DNA of 62,428 bases, counting the filler, from a bacterium (GTDB lineage Bacteria > JALSQH01): NCBI GenBank assembly GCA_026985515.1. It is 7 parts of 7 records of this genome, joined end to end, with 100 filler letters (N's around TTAATTAATTAA, not from the genome) between each part and the next. Parts side by side here need not be neighbours in the genome. Positions count along the whole stretch, not along the records: positions 52,931 to 60,754 come from JALSQH010000212.1; positions 60,855 to 62,428 come from JALSQH010000232.1; 5 more parts are not named here. One strand, given 5' to 3'. Position 1 is the first letter of the stretch. Every line of letters begins with the position of its first letter. The notes below the pieces were generated by a model. It made no database searches and was not told the DNA's origin. It saw nothing but the letters and a program-made list of their open reading frames with translations. Below are positions 58,582 to 62,428 of this stretch, in pieces. The position numbers and the translations under genes were made by a program.

Positions 58582-59128
58582 TATCTTTTCGCGTCTTCTC
58601 AAAGACAGGATCATCTTCCTGGGAACTGCCATTACTGACGAAATAGCCAATCTCGTAATTGCACAGCTTCTATTCCTTGAATCTGAAGACCCAGAAAAGG
58701 ATATTTATCTCTACATCAACTCCCCCGGAGGAGTGGTAACGGCTGGAATGGCAATTTACGATACGATGCAATACATCAAGCCAGATGTTCAGACGATATG
58801 TATGGGTCAGGCAGCAAGTATGGGAGCTGTACTGCTTGCGGCGGGGGCTCCCGGTAAGAGATATGCTTTGCCTCATTCCAGAATAATGATTCACCAGCCC
58901 ATGGGTGGTTTTGAGGGTCAGGCGAGTGAAATAGAGATACACGCGAGGGAAATATTGAGAATAAGAGAGGAGTTGAACAAAATACTTGCCAGACATACCG
59001 GGCAGCCGATAGAGAAGATCAGGGAAGACACCGAGAGGGATTACTTCTTGTCAGCAGAAGAGGCAAAGGAGTATGGCATCATAGATGAAATTGTTGCAAG
59101 AAGAGAACCAGCAACTGTAAGGGAGTAG
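58502..59128 (+). CDS. clpP: ATP-dependent Clp protease proteolytic subunit (start 58502 or GTG 58520)
   Basis: [35 protein letters not shown]. Confidence 0.97.
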   Translation: MKKKNQVENFLVPIVIEQSHRGERAYDIFSRLLKDRIIFLGTAITDEIANLVIAQLLFLESEDPEKDIYLYINSPGGVVTAGMAIYDTMQYIKPDVQTICMGQAASMGAVLLAAGAPGKRYALPHSRIMIHQPMGGFEGQASEIEIHAREILRIREELNKILARHTGQPIEKIREDTERDYFLSAEEAKEYGIIDEIVARREPATVRE

Positions 59129-59130
59129 CA

Positions 59131-60402
59131 ATGGATAAGTTTAAGGGGAATTTTAATCAGAGTGAACCCAGGTGTTCCTTCTGCGGGAAACCCCAGAGTG
59201 AAGTGAGAAGACTCATAGCCGGTCCTGGCGTTTATATATGTGATAGTTGTGTTGCTCTGTGCAATGATATACTCGCTGAGGATTTCCACAGGGAGAGCAA
59301 GAGTTCATCTTTTGGTCAAAATGCAATTCCCACTCCCCAGGAAATAAAGGAATTCCTTGACCAGTATGTAATTGGTCAGGAGAGAGCCAAGAAAATCTTA
59401 TCGGTGGCTGTTCACAATCATTACAAAAGGATTTACTCAAGTCAGAATAGATGGAGTGATATTAAAATTCAGAAAAGCAATATAATGCTTATTGGTCCAA
59501 CTGGTTCAGGGAAAACCCTTCTTGCCCAGACCCTTGCCAAGTTTCTTAATGTTCCCTTTACCATTGCTGATGCCACGACCTTAACAGAGGCTGGATATGT
59601 TGGAGAAGATGTGGAAAACATACTTCTTGGATTGCTGCAGGCGGCAAATTTTGATGTGGAGAAGGCTGAAAAGGGAATAGTTTATATCGACGAGATAGAT
59701 AAAATTGCCAGAGTTGGTGACGGCCCAAGTATTACGAGGGATGTTTCGGGAGAGGGTGTGCAGCAGGCACTGCTTAAGATTCTTGAGGGAACAGTTGCCA
59801 ATGTTCCACCCAAGGGGGGTAGAAAACACCCACAGCAGGAGTTTATTCCTGTAAATACGGAGAATATACTCTTCATTGTGGGTGGTGCCTTTGTGGGTCT
59901 TGAAGATATCATAATGAGAAGGATAGGTCAATCTGGCATTGGATTTGGTGTGGATGTAAAATCGAAGAAGCATGAATCACTTGGTAAAATTCTCGAAGAA
60001 GTTGAACCTGAGGACCTCATAAAATTCGGTATGATACCTGAGTTTGTGGGCAGGATTCCTGTGGTTGCAACGCTTTATGAGTTAACAGAGAATGACCTCA
60101 TCAGAATACTCACCGAACCCAAAGACGCCCTTGTAAAACAGTACACTAAACTCTTTGAACTGGAAGATGTTGAATTAAAATTCACTCCTGAGGCTCTCAA
60201 GGCAGTGGCGCAGGAGGCAATAAGGAAGGGAACTGGCGCAAGAGGGTTGAGGGCAATAATGGAAAAGTTTATGCTTGATATAATGTATGATTTACCCTCC
60301 TGGGATGATGTGAAGGAGTGTATAATCACTGAGGATGTGGTTAAAGGAACAGGGAAACCTGTTCTGGTTTATTCCGGTAAGAAGAAGAATTTCATCAGCT
60401 GA
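59131..60402 (+). CDS. clpX: ATP-dependent Clp protease ATP-binding subunit
   Basis: CSFCGK zinc finger, [36 protein letters not shown] loop. Confidence 0.98.
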   Translation: MDKFKGNFNQSEPRCSFCGKPQSEVRRLIAGPGVYICDSCVALCNDILAEDFHRESKSSSFGQNAIPTPQEIKEFLDQYVIGQERAKKILSVAVHNHYKRIYSSQNRWSDIKIQKSNIMLIGPTGSGKTLLAQTLAKFLNVPFTIADATTLTEAGYVGEDVENILLGLLQAANFDVEKAEKGIVYIDEIDKIARVGDGPSITRDVSGEGVQQALLKILEGTVANVPPKGGRKHPQQEFIPVNTENILFIVGGAFVGLEDIIMRRIGQSGIGFGVDVKSKKHESLGKILEEVEPEDLIKFGMIPEFVGRIPVVATLYELTENDLIRILTEPKDALVKQYTKLFELEDVELKFTPEALKAVAQEAIRKGTGARGLRAIMEKFMLDIMYDLPSWDDVKECIITEDVVKGTGKPVLVYSGKKKNFIS

Positions 60403-60754
60403 GCTTTTTGAGGAACTGTTTCAGATCATAAGGGAGGGGAGCCTGCAGTTTCAGTAGTTTCTGAGTGACAGGGTGTGTTATATCAATCACTTCTGCGTGA
60501 AGAAATAATCTTTTTAATCCCTGTTTTTTCATCCTGATGTTGAATTCCCTTTCTCCATACCTCCAGTCTCCAGCAAGTGGGTGTCCTGTGTAGTTCATGT
60601 GAACCCTGATCTGATGTGTTCTTCCAGTGAGAATCTCAATTCTGAGTAATGTACAGCAGGAGAAGGATTGTATGGGAAAGAACCTGGTAAGTGCCTCCTT
60701 TCCCTCTTCTTCCACGGTAACACCTTTTTTCCTCTTTAAAAGAGGAAGTCTTAT
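60395..60754 (-). CDS. RluA-family pseudouridine synthase, 5' truncated by linker
   Basis: [32 protein letters not shown]. Confidence 0.9.
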   Translation of the reverse strand: MRLPLLKRKKGVTVEEEGKEALTRFFPIQSFSCCTLLRIEILTGRTHQIRVHMNYTGHPLAGDWRYGEREFNIRMKKQGLKRLFLHAEVIDITHPVTQKLLKLQAPLPYDLKQFLKKLS

Positions 60755-60854
60755 NNNNNNNNNNNNNNNNNNNNNNNNNNNNNNNNNNNNNNNNNNNNTT
60801 AATTAATTAANNNNNNNNNNNNNNNNNNNNNNNNNNNNNNNNNNNNNNNNNNNN
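60755..60854. other. Artificial contig linker
   Basis: 44 N + TTAATTAATTAA + 44 N. Confidence 0.98.
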
Positions 60855-61556
60855 ATATCTCTGAAACTCAATTCCATACTCCCCCACCCTACCCCTCGCG
60901 GTTATCCAGCTTTTAAAAAGGGAGGATATCAAAAAATTCGTAACGGAATGACTGAGATAGGCGTAACCATTGAGAGAATAACTTTTACCCTGATAAATAA
61001 ATTTCCCTTTCACTTCACCGTTTAAAATGGGGATCATAACCCTGAGAAATCTTTTATTTTCGTTAAATCTCACACCCCCATAGGAATCACCTCTATTGAG
61101 AATGATCACCTCACCTTTTAGATCAGGCTCGTTGAGTCTCACAGTAATCTTTTGAGGGAGAAAAATAAAGGTGTTCTTACCAACTCTTATTTCAGGATAA
61201 TTCTCTCGATGATGAAGTAAGCTCCTCTTATACTCCCTGTGAAAAAGGAAAACTTCCTCCACCCCACCATGATAATAGGCAATGTCTATGGTGGTTGTAA
61301 ATTTGTGAAAACCAAGATTGGTAACAGAAAGAAGTATGAAAAAAGTGTCTCCCCTTTTATTTATTCCGCAGGCAAACCAGCTCTCACCGTAGTTTCTATC
61401 CTCCATGGGATGAATTCCCATATCTTTCAGAGAGATATGGGTTGCCGAAGATGGATAAAGGGAGAATTTTACCTCACTTCTGAGGGAAAAACTAAAAATC
61501 AAAAGTAAGAGGGACAGTCCCATCAAAAAATTTGTGGAACTCCTCCGGGAGATCAT
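60855..61556 (-). CDS. Hypothetical exported beta-rich protein (AttH/Svf1/lipocalin-like), 3' truncated
   Basis: Signal-like LSLLLLIFSFS, ESWF, V.G......GK...L.G.AY..H pattern; start 61556 or 61523. Confidence 0.55.
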
Positions 61557-62428
61557 GCCAGTCAACTTTTTGAAGAATATCATCAAATTTTCTCCTGTTG
61601 TTGTATGTGTGCCAGAAAAGTACATTTTCAACCCTGTTTTTAGAGATGTAATCCACAAGGCCGGCGAAGGTTTTGGATGTGTAGGTGCCATCAAGCATGA
61701 TGCCTTCAGTCCTGAGGAGAATTTCCCTTAGCTTCATTCCTTCGGGTATGTATCTGCCATACTCCCCACCAAAGAAATCATGGATAATTTCAAAATTTAT
61801 CAGGTTGCTCTCATCTGGAAGTGGAATGTTAGGATCAAAGGTTCTCAGATACTTCCATGTTTTTAAAGCCTTTTTTCTCATTACCCATCCATTGGAAACA
61901 ATCCTGTCAACAACCCTCACTCCAATGATTTTTATATTCAATCCCGAGAGGTAACTTCCCAGCAGTAATCCTGCCATGGTTCCACAGGAACCAAGAGTCA
62001 CAAAGATGAGATCTGGGCGAGGAAGTTCGTCTCTATCAATTTGCTCCTTAAGTTCAAACATGGCGTTAACAAAACCCACTGTCCCTATCTCATTGGAGGC
62101 ACCGGGAGGAATGAAGTATGGGAAGTAACCATCCCTTCTTCTCCACTCCCACATCTTCTTAAAACCTTTAAGGGCGGTGTTGACATACCCGCCCCCATAC
62201 ACCAGTTCCGCACTGAAGAAGTAATCAAGGAGGAGATTCTCCCTAACATGGGCAGTTAGAGACTGATCAAAAAGGGGCAAAAGTACTTTAAAACCAAGAT
62301 GACTTCCATAAATGGCGGTGGCGAGGGCATGATTTGAACCAATTCCCCCTGTGGTCACCACACTCCTTTTGCCTCTGCTCATTGCATCTCCAAAGGTGAA
62401 TTCCAGTTTCCTGACCTTGTTTCCCCCG
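61492..62428 (-). CDS. PLP-dependent D-cysteine desulfhydrase/ACC deaminase family enzyme (5' end outside window)
   Basis: GNKVRKLEF, GGIGSNH, GSCGTMAG, LDGTYTSK (Thr, not the ACC-deaminase Glu), LFWHT. Confidence 0.88.
   Translation of the reverse strand, partial: GGNKVRKLEFTFGDAMSRGKRSVVTTGGIGSNHALATAIYGSHLGFKVLLPLFDQSLTAHVRENLLLDYFFSAELVYGGGYVNTALKGFKKMWEWRRRDGYFPYFIPPGASNEIGTVGFVNAMFELKEQIDRDELPRPDLIFVTLGSCGTMAGLLLGSYLSGLNIKIIGVRVVDRIVSNGWVMRKKALKTWKYLRTFDPNIPLPDESNLINFEIIHDFFGGEYGRYIPEGMKLREILLRTEGIMLDGTYTSKTFAGLVDYISKNRVENVLFWHTYNNRRKFDDILQKVDWHDLPEEFHKFFDGTVPLTFDF

Noticed and set aside
61492-62428. True ACC deaminase (acdS)
   Set aside because: Has DGTYTSK rather than the DPVYEGK Glu that marks ACC deaminases

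Overview
A 62.4 kb stretch of a draft bacterial assembly made of seven contig pieces. They are joined by artificial 100-nt linkers (44 N + TTAATTAATTAA + 44 N), so several genes are truncated and adjacency across linkers is unproven. The gene content suggests a diderm, LPS-making anaerobe, probably thermophilic and deltaproteobacteria-like; this is inferred from the Glu/Lys-rich proteins, AGA/AGG arginine usage, DUF4388 proteins and class III RNR. Most of the window is housekeeping: a lipid A operon (skp-lpxD-fabZ-lpxA-lpxB-msbA-DUF374-waaA), a GldA/F/G-type ABC system, a split archaeal-type glutamate synthase operon, nrdD with NrdR boxes, a dehydratase/activase-thiolase-SufT-Mrp-def cluster, glmU, cinA-thpR, cstA, six tRNAs and tig-clpP-clpX. 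The most unusual signal is two unlinked secreted-protein genes (ATG 20865 and ATG 52706) that share the leader MKNxKFQxxxS. In both, a tetranucleotide repeat tract starts at the codon 11/12 boundary and currently frameshifts the signal peptide OFF, making them a candidate phase-variation family. Other notable items are an NrdD lacking its glycyl-radical C-terminus and carrying a 33-aa finger-loop insert, a fused 2-hydroxyacyl-CoA dehydratase/activase beside a tRNA-thiolase-like gene, a candidate ~180-nt structured ncRNA after thpR, and several apparently leaderless genes.
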